A stretch of DNA of 33,351 nucleotides from Octopus sinensis (lineage: Eukaryota). The translations under genes were made by a program, and so were the position numbers. The stretch is taken from NCBI RefSeq assembly GCF_006345805.1, contig NW_021832019.1, positions 1 through 33,351 on the forward strand, written 5' to 3'. The notes beneath the pieces are model-generated. The model made no database searches and had not been told where the DNA came from. It worked only from the letters and a program-made list of their open reading frames with translations. Positions 1 through 10,189 of this stretch are shown here, in pieces. How positions within the stretch are numbered: position 1 is the stretch's first letter; each line of letters opens with the position of its first letter.

Positions 1-204
1 ACTTTCAAGATCTTAGATTTTATCCATTTTCGTTGTTGACAATAATTTTTGCAGTTAAAGGAATGTAACTTGTCAATTTTTCGGAAATTAATTTGGTATG
101 TAACTAGTTAAATTCAAAGTATTGTTAGGGTCTATGGACTGATATTCTTAATTTATACAGATTTGTGAAATATATACACACATTTTAGGGGTTATTTACA
201 AATA

Positions 205-328
205 TTTCAAGGGTGGGGAGAAGAATTGATTGCGTAAATGGTACTTATTTAATCGATCCCGAAAGGATAAAAGGCATTGTCAACCTCGGCGGAATTTAAA
301 CTCAGAACGTAACGGCAGACGAAATACC
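205..328 (-). mobile_element. SINE family A, older truncated copy (body only)
   Basis: Matches the family A body (ggtacttatttaatcga..cgaaaggat..cctcggcggaattt..actcagaacgt) and stops at gacgaaatacc, where a full copy begins. Confidence 0.75.
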
Positions 329-554
329 TATTTCCTTATTACCCACAAGGGGCTAAACATAGAGGGGACAAAAATGAACAGACAAACGTATCAAGTCGAT
401 TACATCGACCCCAGTGCGTAACTGGTACTTATCTAATCGACCCCGAAAGGATGAACGGCAAAGTTGACCTCGGCGGAATTTGAACTCAGAACGTAGCGGC
501 AGACGAAATACCGCATTTTCCCCGGCGTGCGAACGTTTCTGCCAGCCTGCCGCC
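329..554 (-). mobile_element. SINE family A, full-length, tail type 1
   Basis: Minus strand begins with a tRNA-like head (GGCGGC..GCTGGCAGAAACGTT A-box-like; GTTCTGAGTTCAAATTCCGCC B-box-like), then the shared central domain and the tail ..CCCCTTGTGGGTAATAAGGAAATAGGTATT. Near-identical to other copies in the window. Confidence 0.9.
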
Positions 555-583
555 CCAAAACCATCTTAATAATCCACTCTATT

Positions 584-714
584 AAAGGCGCAAATTGAAA
601 TTTCAGGGGAGGGTTAAGTCGATTACATCGTCCCGAGTATTCAACTGGTACTTATTGTATCGATCTCAGAAAGATGTAACCCAAAGTCGACCCCAGCGGA
701 ATTTGAACTCAGAG
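584..714 (-). mobile_element. SINE family A, degenerate fragment, tail type 2
   Basis: aagtcgattacatcg...aactggtactta...aaagtcgacc..cggaatttgaactcaga, preceded on + by the alternative tail aaggcgcaaattgaaatttcaggggaggg. Confidence 0.75.
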
Positions 715-748
715 CGGTACCACTACCACCTTAATAATCCTTTCTACC

Positions 749-852
749 ATAGGTACAAGGACTGAAATTTTAGTGGGAGAAGACTAGTACTTTATCGATG
801 ACTAACAAAGTCGACCTCGGTGCCGTTTGAACGCAAAGCCGGACGAAATACC
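749..852 (-). mobile_element. SINE family A, degenerate internally deleted fragment, tail type 2
   Basis: ataggtacaaggactgaaattttagtgggag tail plus aaagtcgacctcgg; ends at ggacgaaatacc. Confidence 0.65.
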
Positions 853-1078
853 TATTTCTTTACTACCCACAAGGGGCTAAACACAGAGAGGAGAAACAAG
901 GACAGACAAACGGATTAAGTCGATTACATCGACCCCAGTGCGTAACTGGTACTTAATTTATCGACCACAAAAGGATGAAAGGCAAAGTCGACCTCGGCGG
1001 AATTTGAACTCAGAACGAAACGGCAGACGAAATACTACTAAGCATTTCGCCCGGCGTGCTAACGTTTCTGCCAGCTCG
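853..1078 (-). mobile_element. SINE family A, full-length, tail type 1
   Basis: Complete head, central domain and tail; near-identical to 1332-1565 and 3706-3937. Confidence 0.9.
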
Positions 1079-1161
1079 TATATCGTCCTCGGAAGGATAG
1101 AATATAAAAGTCGACGGACGAAATATCGCTAAGGACTTTACCTGTTCGCTGACTTTAATAA

Positions 1162-1331
1162 TTGGTTTCAAATTTTGGAACAAAAATATCCAGCAGTTTT
1201 AGGGGAGGGGTAACTTGATTACATGAACTCCAGTGCTCAACTGTTACTTATTTTATTGAACAATGAAGGATGTAAGTCAAAGTTGACATCAGCAGAATTT
1301 GAACTCAGAATGTAAAGACAGATGAAATACC
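1162..1331 (-). mobile_element. SINE family A, degenerate copy, tail type 3
   Basis: ttggtttcaaattttgg tail plus diverged central domain; truncated at gatgaaatacc. Confidence 0.7.
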
Positions 1332-1565
1332 TATTTCTTTACTACCCACAAGGGGCTAAACACAGAGAGGACAAACAAGGACAGACAAACGGATTAAGTC
1401 GATTACATCGACCCCAGTGCGTAACTGGTACTTAATTTATCGACCCCCCGAAAGGATGAAAGGCAAAGTCGACCTCGGCGGAATTTGAACTCAGAACGTA
1501 ACGGCAGACGAAATACTGATAAGCATTTCGCTCGGCGTGCTAACGTTTCTGCCATCTCGCTGCCT
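1332..1565 (-). mobile_element. SINE family A, full-length, tail type 1
   Basis: Complete head, central domain and tail. Confidence 0.9.
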
Positions 1566-1979
1566 CTTTACCACCACCTTAACAATAACAAGTACTTCAC
1601 TAAAGTCTATATCATTTAAAAAAATCAACTGAAACAGAGGTAGCGTATTCTAATAGAAACATGGTAACAAAAGGATGAAATACATCAAACGGTGTTATTT
1701 TGATTCCAGAAATAATTCTTTCAGAAATATGGGTGTCTATTTACTTTTGACATGTCTGTGTAAGAGAAGTCGATCGGGTGAAAACCACGGGGAGAACACA
1801 AATGAGACAGAGAGAAAAACGTCTCTGTAGGTTTCAGAAATAGATGAATTGGAGAGTATTAGCTAATAGTGTTCAGAAATTATACAATGTTATCGGTATA
1901 GGTTGGATAAGGATTAGGTTGGGGAGATTTAAAAGGTTCTGGAGGGGAGCAGAAGACGAATAATAAAATAGGAACATTT

Positions 1980-1996
1980 ATATGTATGTGTGTGTG

Positions 1997-2030
<34 letters not shown>

Positions 2031-2063
2031 TGTATGTATGTAAATATGTATGTGTTACATACC

Positions 2064-2109
<46 letters not shown>

Positions 2110-2258
2110 ATATACGTATATTAGATATATACGTATACGCATAATATATATATATATATATTATATATATATATATAATACACTTACGTAGATGTGTGTG
2201 GTGTGTGTGTATATGTGTATATATATGTGTGTACATACATATATATATGTATACATAC

Positions 2259-2303
<45 letters not shown>

Positions 2304-2396
2304 AATCAGTATATTTACACACGCACAAACACACTTATACGCACACAAGCACTCATGTACATTCACATAAGCACACGCACACAAATACACACACAC

Positions 2397-2462
<66 letters not shown>
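1980..2462. repeat. Compound microsatellite (TATG)n/(TA)n/(CA)n
   Basis: Directly visible simple repeats; they explain the YI/HT/CV-rich ORFs. Confidence 0.95.
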
Positions 2463-2463
<1 letters not shown>

Positions 2464-2970
2464 CATTTTAACATTATGATCAGAAAATGTCATGTCACTC
2501 GGTGCAAATATGAATCGTAATTTTAAGAGAGAAGAGTGAAGAACTAGATAGAGAGATTGACAGTGTTAGACAAAAACGGAGGCGAAAGAAAGAAATTTTG
2601 GAGAGTATATTGGCATTGGGAATTGTAAAACGTTTCGAAAATGCCTGTCTTTGACTGAGTGTGCAGCTATGCAAAATTGTGAGAATGAATGCGCATGAGT
2701 GTGTTTGTGTGATTTAGTATGTGTGTGTGTGTGAGTAGATATAATTTGCAATAGGTGACGATGATGTATTGAATATTTATATGTGGTATGACAGGTAAAC
2801 ATTAAGAGAGGAATGTAATAAAGAGGTGGGTTCGTTTTGAGTTTGTGAGAGAAAGAGAAAGTCCAATAAACAGACATAGATGTGTTTTGGAACTGTTGGC
2901 AGCCGTTTTCCTTCGCCACGGATTACTATCTCACCGTTCTCTCTGATCATTGATCTACCTAATGAATACC

Positions 2971-3937
2971 TATTTCTTTACTACCTACAAGGGGCTAAAC
3001 ATAGAGGGGACAAACAAGGACAGACAAACGGATTAAGTCTATTACATCGACCCCAGAGCGTAACTGGTACTTATTTAATCGACCCCGAAAGGATGAAATG
3101 CAAAGTTGACCTCGGCGGAATTTGTACTCTGAACGTAGCGGCAGACGAAATACCTGTTTCTTTTTTACCCACAAGGGGCTAAACATAGAAGGGACAAACA
3201 AGGACAGACAAACAGATTAAGTCGATTACATCGACCCCAGTGCGTAACTGGTACTTATTTAATCGACCCCGAAAGGATGAAAGGCAAAGTTGACCTCGGC
3301 GGAATTTGTACTCAGAACGTAGCGGCAGACGAAATACCTGTTTCTTTATTACCCACAAGGGGCTAAACATAGAGGGGACAAACAAGGACAGACAAACAGA
3401 TTAAGTCGATTACATCGACCCCAGTGCGTAACTGGTACTTATTTAATCGACCCCGAAAGGATGAAAGGCAAAGTTGACCTCGGCTGAATTTGATCTCAGA
3501 ACGTAGCGGCAGACGAAATACCTGTTTCTTTATTACCCACAAGGGGCTAAACATAGAGGGGACAAACAAGGACAGACAAACGGATTAAGTCGATTATATA
3601 GACCCCAGTGCGTAACTTGTACTTATTTAATCGATCCCCAAAGGATGAAAGCAAAGTTGACCTCGGTGGAATTTGAACTTAGTACGTAGCGACAGATGAA
3701 ATACCTATTTCTTTACTACCCACAAGGGGATAAACACAGAGAGGACAAACAAGGACAGACAAACGGATTAAGTCGATTACATCGACCCCAGTGCGTAACT
3801 GGTACTTAATTTATCGACCCCGCGAGGATGAAAGGCAAAATTGACCTCGGCGGAATTTGAACTCAGTACGTAGCAACAGACGAAATACCGCTAAGCATTT
3901 CGCCCGGCGTGCTAACGTTTCTGCCAGCTCGCCGCCT
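2971..3937 (-). mobile_element. Head-to-tail array of five SINE family A units (184,184,184,183,184 bp plus one 48-bp head end)
   Basis: Unit junctions at gaaatacc 3147-3154, 3331-3338, 3515-3522 and 3698-3705. The array is flanked by the identical 21-mer ttgatctacctaatgaatacc at 2950-2970 and 3938-3958. Confidence 0.92.
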
Positions 3938-4239
3938 TTGATCTACCTAATGAATACCAGTATTAACTACATTTAATTGGATTTCACCTCCCTTCCTAGA
4001 CATAAGGAACCGCAACAACTATGACTGGTGAGGAACTTTCGTCTAGGGTTACACATATTTAACATATCTCTCTCTTTGACGACGGAATGCTCAGCATATG
4101 GAATCCTCGGTCGACACGATGTTGCAATAGTTTGGATATCCTACAATCAGCTGTCAGAGACTATCTCTACCCTTTATTATAAAGCTAAATTAAATGTCCT
4201 TGACAAGTCTTGCCAGACTGTTGCCTTTTCTTCTTTGCT

Positions 4240-4327
4240 TTAATCAATCAATCAATTTATCAATCTATCTATCTACCTACGTACATACCTACCTACCTTT
4301 CCATCTATCTATCTATCTACCTACCTT

Positions 4328-4361
<34 letters not shown>

Positions 4362-4365
4362 AATT
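4240..4365. repeat. (CAAT)n/(CTAT)n/(CTAC)n tetranucleotide microsatellite
   Basis: Directly visible. Confidence 0.9.
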
Positions 4366-4537
4366 CGTCTGCCTGCCTGAGTATCTGTCTCTCTGTCTAT
4401 TTTTCGAATTCTTTTCTTTTATGAGGTTTTCACGCTAACTACCTGATAATTTATTGTTATAACCTTATTAAGAAGTTATCCTCAATTGTTAAATTTATAT
4501 ATATATATATATTATATATATATATATATTATATATA

Positions 4538-5202
4538 GGCAAGGAAAAATTACAAATAGGCAGAATGCTAAATTGAAGGTAAAATGCAAGGAAAAATTTA
4601 TTGATTTATATATATACAGTATATATTGAAGGTAAAATTTAATGAAAATAGGTGTATGGGAAATTATAAAAATTTTTTTAAAAAATATATATATTAATTC
4701 AAACCGGTTTTCGTCGCAATGCGACTTTTCAAGAGTTGTAAGGTGAAAATAATTTTTTTTATAATTGAGGGGGGGGGGGAAAGAAAATTACATTGTTTTT
4801 TGCAAAAAAATAATAAACATATACAAAAATTGAAGAATAGGTACACCGAGACATTGTAAAGTCTTTGTGTATCTCGAATTCAATGATAATTCTTGGAAAA
4901 TTACCTTGGAGGATTAAGATGCATGTGATTAAATCCATGTGGTGTTTGTTCAATGAATGTCAAAACAGGAATTGGTGTACGAGTTATCCAGTTCCTGTGA
5001 GTAAGGGGAGACAACTCTGTAGATTTTATGCTCTTCAATTGGGATTATCAATTTTTTGTAAGATAGGATGTTAATAAACCTTAAATTATAAGATTATCAT
5101 TTTAGCTTCATTTGCAAAATGTTTTTAAATTTTCCATACACCCATTTTCATAAAAATTTACCTTCAATTTAGCATTCTGCCTTTTTAGAATTTTTCCTTG
5201 CC
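4538..5202 (-). mobile_element. Non-autonomous element with about 95-bp inverted arms and an internal hammerhead motif (Penelope-like pLTR remnant or MITE)
   Basis: Left end ggcaaggaaaaattacaaataggcagaatgctaaattgaaggtaaaat is the reverse complement, with few mismatches, of the right end ..atttaccttcaatttagcattctgcctttttagaatttttccttgcc. TA lies on both sides and the left flank is a (TA)n run. Confidence 0.75.
4696..4737 (-). ncRNA. Type I hammerhead ribozyme motif, U3-A8 variant
   Basis: Minus strand reads AACUC-UUGAAAA-GUCGC(AUU)GCGAC-GAA-AACCGGUU-U-GAAUU: stem I 4/5 pairs, perfect 5-bp stem II, 8-nt palindromic stem III. Confidence 0.65.
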
Positions 5203-5312
5203 TATCATTTCTCCACATGCGGTCAGCACAATCCCACCATTTATTGATTTATATATATATATATATCTACACACACACACACACATATATATACATATAT
5301 ATATACATAAAT

Positions 5313-5469
5313 ACGACGGGCTTCTTTCAGTTTCCATCTACCAAATCCACTCACAAGGTTTTGGTCGGCCCGAGGCTATAGTAGAAGACACTTACCCAAG
5401 GTGCCACGCAGTGGGACTGAACCCGGAACTATGTGGTGGGTAAACAAGCTACTTACCACACCTGCCACT

Positions 5470-5471
<2 letters not shown>
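5313..5471 (-). mobile_element. SINE family B, 5' half
   Basis: Reverse complement of the 9133-9566 head (ggagtggc..tggtaagtagcttg..gggttcagtcccactgcgtggcaccttgggtaagtgtcttc); broken by (TA)n. Confidence 0.85.
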
Positions 5472-5524
<53 letters not shown>

Positions 5525-5773
5525 TATATATATATATATATATATATGTGTGTATATATATATATATGTAGAGGGAGAGAATGTTGTGAGAGAGAAAGAG
5601 AGAAAGAAAGAGGGAGAGGAATAAAAAGAGTGTGAAAGTGAGAGCAAAGAGAGTGAGAGAGAGAGGAAGAGCGAAAGTCACGGAATCAGAAAGGGCGAAT
5701 GAAAGAGCGAAAGTGAAAGAGAGAGCGCGAATAAAAAGACACTGAGCGAAAGTGACCGAGTGAGGAGGAGGAG

Positions 5774-5810
<37 letters not shown>

Positions 5811-6289
5811 AATGAAGGAGAGAGAGAAAGGGAAACAGACAGGCAGGGACAATCTGTGGGTGTATGTAGGTGTGTAGGTGGTAAATTAGCGGAGTAATTA
5901 GTTTCAGGGTATAATAAAAACGTTTGATTACTCTGTGTGTGTGCTTGTATATGTGTGTGTTCGTATTCCTGTGTGAGTCTGTGCGTGCGTGTGTGTGTGT
6001 GTTTGTGTGTATGTATTTGTCTTCGCATGCATATATGTGTATGCGCGTGTGTAGCATAAAATTTCACCCGGCAATATTTGTGTGCATATCTGTATGTATG
6101 TATGTATGTATGTATGTATGTATGTATGTATATATGTATGTAGGTAGGTAGGTGTGTGTATGGTACATATATGTGTACGCGTGTGGCCGTGTTCATGTAT
6201 GTATTGGCTTGTGTGAGTATGGGAATTTGACTGTGTATGCGTGTCTATGCATATGCGAGCGAAAGAATGCAATTGCATGTACCACTAAG

Positions 6290-6327
<38 letters not shown>

Positions 6328-6377
6328 CACACACACACACATATTATACATACACACACACACACATATATATACAT

Positions 6378-6414
<37 letters not shown>

Positions 6415-6707
6415 CATATATATACATGTGCATATATATGTATATATCACATGCATATTTTTGTCTATTTAGGATACGTGTGTATGTGTGTGTATAATTG
6501 CTGCATGTTTTTATGTGTGTGCTAATATTTGTAATTGCATGTCACAATCTTTGTGCATTAGCAGTGTGTTCGGGTACGTGCACCTAAGTATGTATGGGTA
6601 TGTGTACATGAGTGTGTATGTATGTAAGTGTACAAGTGCCCATGGGGGAATCTGGTTGTGGGGGAATCTTCTACGCACACATACATGTATATGTGTCTGT
6701 ATATAGA

Positions 6708-6743
<36 letters not shown>

Positions 6744-6856
6744 CATCTGTGTATATATATACACAAACGTACATATATATATATATATATACATACATCT
6801 GTGTATATATATACACACACTCAAACACACACGCACGCACATTCACATGCACACCC

Positions 6857-6897
<41 letters not shown>

Positions 6898-7599
6898 CAC
6901 ATATACATGTGTTTAATGGGGTTAATTCAGAGCATTTGGTTTCCGGGTATGCAATTCAATTATTTCTCCGTATTTTCATGTGTGGGTGGATGGCATGGGA
7001 CGATACTCAAGGTGTGCATGTGTGAGTGTGTGTCTGTGTCTGTCTATGCCTATGTGTGTGTATGTGTGTGCATGTGTGCGTGTGGTTGTGTGCGTGTGTG
7101 TGCATGCGTGTTTGTGTGTGTGTATGTACGAGATGTCTCTCTGTGTCTAGGACTGAGTGTCACTGCGGAGTAGTGAAGACGGGGTTATGTGTATACTTAT
7201 AATCATGAATGTGTGTAAATGTATGTGTGTCTAGTGTATGTGTATGTATGTGTATGTGTAGGTGCGTATTAGTGTAATTGTGTGAGTGTATGTTTGGATG
7301 TAGATGCATCTGAATATATGTGTATATATGTGTATATATGTGTATATGCAGACATATGTGAAGGTTTAAGTGAATATGGGTGTATGTGTTTAATGGGGGA
7401 GGGGAGTTATTGGCACTTGGTATCGGAATGTGGACTCGTTGTTATGACTGCGTGGGTAGGTGTGTATGTGTGTGTTTATGTGTGTGTGTGTGTGTGTGTG
7501 TGTGTTGTGTGTGCATTTGGTTGTTCGGTTCGGGTAACGCAAAAGTCATATGAGACTCCTGTTTGTTCTTTCTGAGTTTGTGGGATGTCAGTGTCCCCT

Positions 7600-7644
<45 letters not shown>

Positions 7645-8087
7645 AATTGTAATATATTATCTATACATAAATTTTTGTATATTATAAATGAATGTGTGTG
7701 TTTTTGTGTATGTTTAATTGGGAGTAATATATATATATATTTATATATTTTTATATATATAGATAGACATTTTATACATTTTACATATACATCTTGATTT
7801 ATGAGGGATAAATGTGTGTATTTGTGAGCACGTGTGTGTACGAGGGAGAGCGTGTAAGAGAATGAGAAAGAGAGAGGGAAGAGGGTAGAAACAGAGAGGG
7901 GGAGAGAGGGGAGGGATGTAGAGAGAGAGAGGGAGAGGGAGAAAGAGAAAGATGGCGAGCGAGAGAGAGGGGAGGGAAAGAGAGAGAGAGAGGGAGAGAG
8001 GGAGATAGAGAACGTTAGAGAATCTATTCGTGTGTGTTATTGTGGGTAGGGGGCTAGTATATGCATCTATACACTTAAAGATGGACA

Positions 8088-8135
<48 letters not shown>

Positions 8136-8153
8136 CATCTCAATATGTATATT

Positions 8154-8196
<43 letters not shown>

Positions 8197-8200
8197 ATAT
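5472..8200. repeat. Extended mosaic of (TA)n, (GA)n, (GT/CA)n, (TATG)n and (CTAT)n microsatellites with short unique spacers
   Basis: Directly visible simple-repeat runs throughout. Confidence 0.9.
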
Positions 8201-8207
8201 ACCTATA

Positions 8208-8514
8208 TGGTTGGTTGTTCCTTCTGGAGTCATGCCTGGCTCATAAGGGCCGGTTTCCCGGTTTCTTGGCGTATAGGTTCCCCACATGGACGGGACGCCG
8301 GTCCGCCGCAGGTGAGCTGCAAGATGCAGGAGGAAAGAGTGAGAGAAAGCTGTGGCGAAAGAGTCAGCAGAAGTTCGCCATTACTTTCTGCCGGAGCCGC
8401 GTGGAGCTTAGGTGTTTTCGCTCATAAACATACACATCGCCCGGTCTGAGATTCGAACCCGCGATCCCTCGACCGCGAGTCCGCTGCTCTAACCACTAGG
8501 CCATGTGCCTCCAC
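8208..8514 (-). mobile_element. SINE family C, full-length, tRNA-derived
   Basis: Minus strand: GTGGAGGCACATGGCCTAGTGGTTAGAGC (A box) ... GGGTTCGAATCTC (B box), then a central region shared with 28548-28848 and its own tail. May correspond to a described octopus OR-type SINE (not verified). Confidence 0.85.
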
Positions 8515-8739
8515 TAACCACCAAATTGGGTGTAATCAACAAATTGAGTGTACCCGGAACATCTTTAAAACGTGGAAATAAACGCCGATTGTGGGACACA
8601 CCCTTCCATGTTTGACTCTTATCTTTGTGAATTTATGTGGAGGAAGAGATATGAGAAAGATAATTTATTTGATAAAATCCTTGAGCGTATTGAAGCTTTC
8701 ATTTTTTTCATTTTTTAACTAATAATGTTTGTTTTAAGC

Positions 8740-8937
8740 AATGTTTTGACTGTTATTTCTAGCAGCTCGTCTTGGTTTGCTCGCAGCGTTTAAATATTTA
8801 ATTTGCTCGCGAATGTTTTAAGGATTTTTTTTTTTTTACTCGTATATATTTTAATGCTTTGACTGCTATTTCTAGTAACTCATGTTCGTTTCCTTGTAGC
8901 GTTTAAATATTTAATTTGCTTGCGAATCTTTTAATGT
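8740..8937. repeat. Two diverged direct repeats, period 113 bp
   Basis: aatgttttgactgttatttctagcagctc..gcgtttaaatatttaatttgctcgcgaat at 8740 recurs as aatgctttgactgctatttctagtaactc..gcgtttaaatatttaatttgcttgcgaat at 8853. Confidence 0.8.
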
Positions 8938-9132
8938 TTTTCCATGTTTACAGAAGCTAGTTTAATGTTTTGACATTTCGGAGCCCCACCATTTCTCGCT
9001 ATTGTGACAGCTGATGGAAGAGGCAATGAACGCTTAATTTTCTGAAAATGGCTGAAAATACTGAAAATTATCAAATTTTGAACACCTGTAACATTTTCGC
9101 AAAATTTTTCTGGAATAAATGAATAAATGAAT

Positions 9133-9295
9133 AGGCGCAGGAGTGGCTGTGTGGTAAGTAGCTTGCTAACCAACCTCATGGTTCCGGGTTCAGTCCCACT
9201 GCGTGGCATCTTGGGCAAGTGTCTTCTGCTATAGCCCCGGGCCGACCAATGCCTTGTGAGGGGATTTGGTAGACGGAAACTGAAAGAAGCCTGTC

Positions 9296-9339
<44 letters not shown>

Positions 9340-9566
9340 GTATGTGTGTGTTTGTGTCTGTGTTTGCCCCCTAGCATTGCTTGACAACCGATGCTGGTGT
9401 GTTTACGTCCCCGTCACTTAGCGGTTCGGCAGAAAGAGATCGATAGAATAAGTACTGGGCTTACAAAGAATAAGTCCTGGGGTCGATTTGCTCGACTAAA
9501 GGCGGTGCTCCAGCATGGTCGCAGTCAAATGACTGAAACAAGTAAAAGAGTAAAAGAGAAAGAGTA
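9133..9566 (+). mobile_element. SINE family B, full-length, with internal (TA)n/(TG)n
   Basis: tRNA-like head (ggagtggctgtgtggtaag; gggttcagtccc), CORE-like cttgggcaagtgtctt segment, internal microsatellite, 3' tail gactgaaacaagtaaaagagtaaaagag. Confidence 0.9.
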
Positions 9567-9599
9567 ACAAATTCGGATTCAGCGTCAAAAGTTACATTT

Positions 9600-10175
9600 A
9601 TATGATACGTTAACATTTTTTTTTCAAGATTTAGACGTGTAGTGACGATAACCACAAAGATCCTATAACATCTATTTACACAGGTTCACTACAGCTGTTT
9701 CGGACCTGTTATTTATTGCTGAATAAATCAGTTACATCATGTAAAACAAAGAGGTATTTTTTACAAAGACTTATATTTTACTCTTATATATGATATATGA
9801 ATGTAGCTTTCAGGATTTTACAGGCAGATACTATATAATGCGTACTCTCCCTTTCATCTTGGTTCTAGCTGAGAGAGTATGGAACACCATTTCGGTATTA
9901 AATATACATGGTAATAAATTAATGAACTTGTTTAAGGGACAGAAAAAGAGTAGGGAAAAGAAAGAGGAACAAATGGAGAGGAAAAGGAAAGAACAGAAGG
10001 AAACAAAAAAGAAAAGACTTCACACCACCTCTTTAAAGGCTGTCAAAGGGTTTCTCCGGAGTCTAATGGTTAGACGCCATGTGACGACATCTAGATAAAC
10101 AAGAGAATAAACGATTGCAAATAAAATTACCTCGATGCCTTTGTTCTAAAGATCCTTGGTCACATCGGCTCCAGA
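9600..10175 (-). mobile_element. Probable Penelope-like pLTR remnant carrying a hammerhead motif
   Basis: Hammerhead motif at 9685-9745 followed on minus by a T-rich tail similar to that at 12090-12120 (ataaccacaaagat vs ataagccacaaaaat); abuts (TA)n at 10176. Boundaries approximate. Confidence 0.45.
9685..9745 (-). ncRNA. Hammerhead-like motif, UGAUGUA class (C3 mutated to A)
   Basis: Minus: UUUAC-AUGAUGUA-[acugAUUUAUU cagc AAUAAAUaacaggucc]-GAA-ACAGCUGU-A-GUGAA. Stem I 5 bp with one G-U pair; palindromic stem III. Confidence 0.5.
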
Positions 10176-10189
10176 ATATATATATATAT

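Noticed and set aside
2625-2670. GAAACGUU on minus resembling a hammerhead 3' half
   Set aside because: No CUGANGA-like segment or stem II upstream.
2995-3569. Three near-identical 68-aa ORFs that look like a tandem gene family
   Set aside because: They are translations of the 184-bp SINE units; the same peptides appear wherever the SINE occurs.
2971-3937. Regular repeat array superficially like a CRISPR or other repeat-spacer system
   Set aside because: Units are contiguous SINE copies with no unique spacers; eukaryotic context and no cas genes.
8440-8514. tRNA-like sequences (also 10769-10840, 28450-28520, 28780-28848)
   Set aside because: A and B boxes are present but there is no complete acceptor stem, and each runs directly into a SINE body.
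8590-9095. Possible mariner remnant (ttttgaacacctg|ta TIR-like end; weak LCG/MW peptide)
   Set aside because: No matching opposite TIR, and peptide similarity too weak to call.
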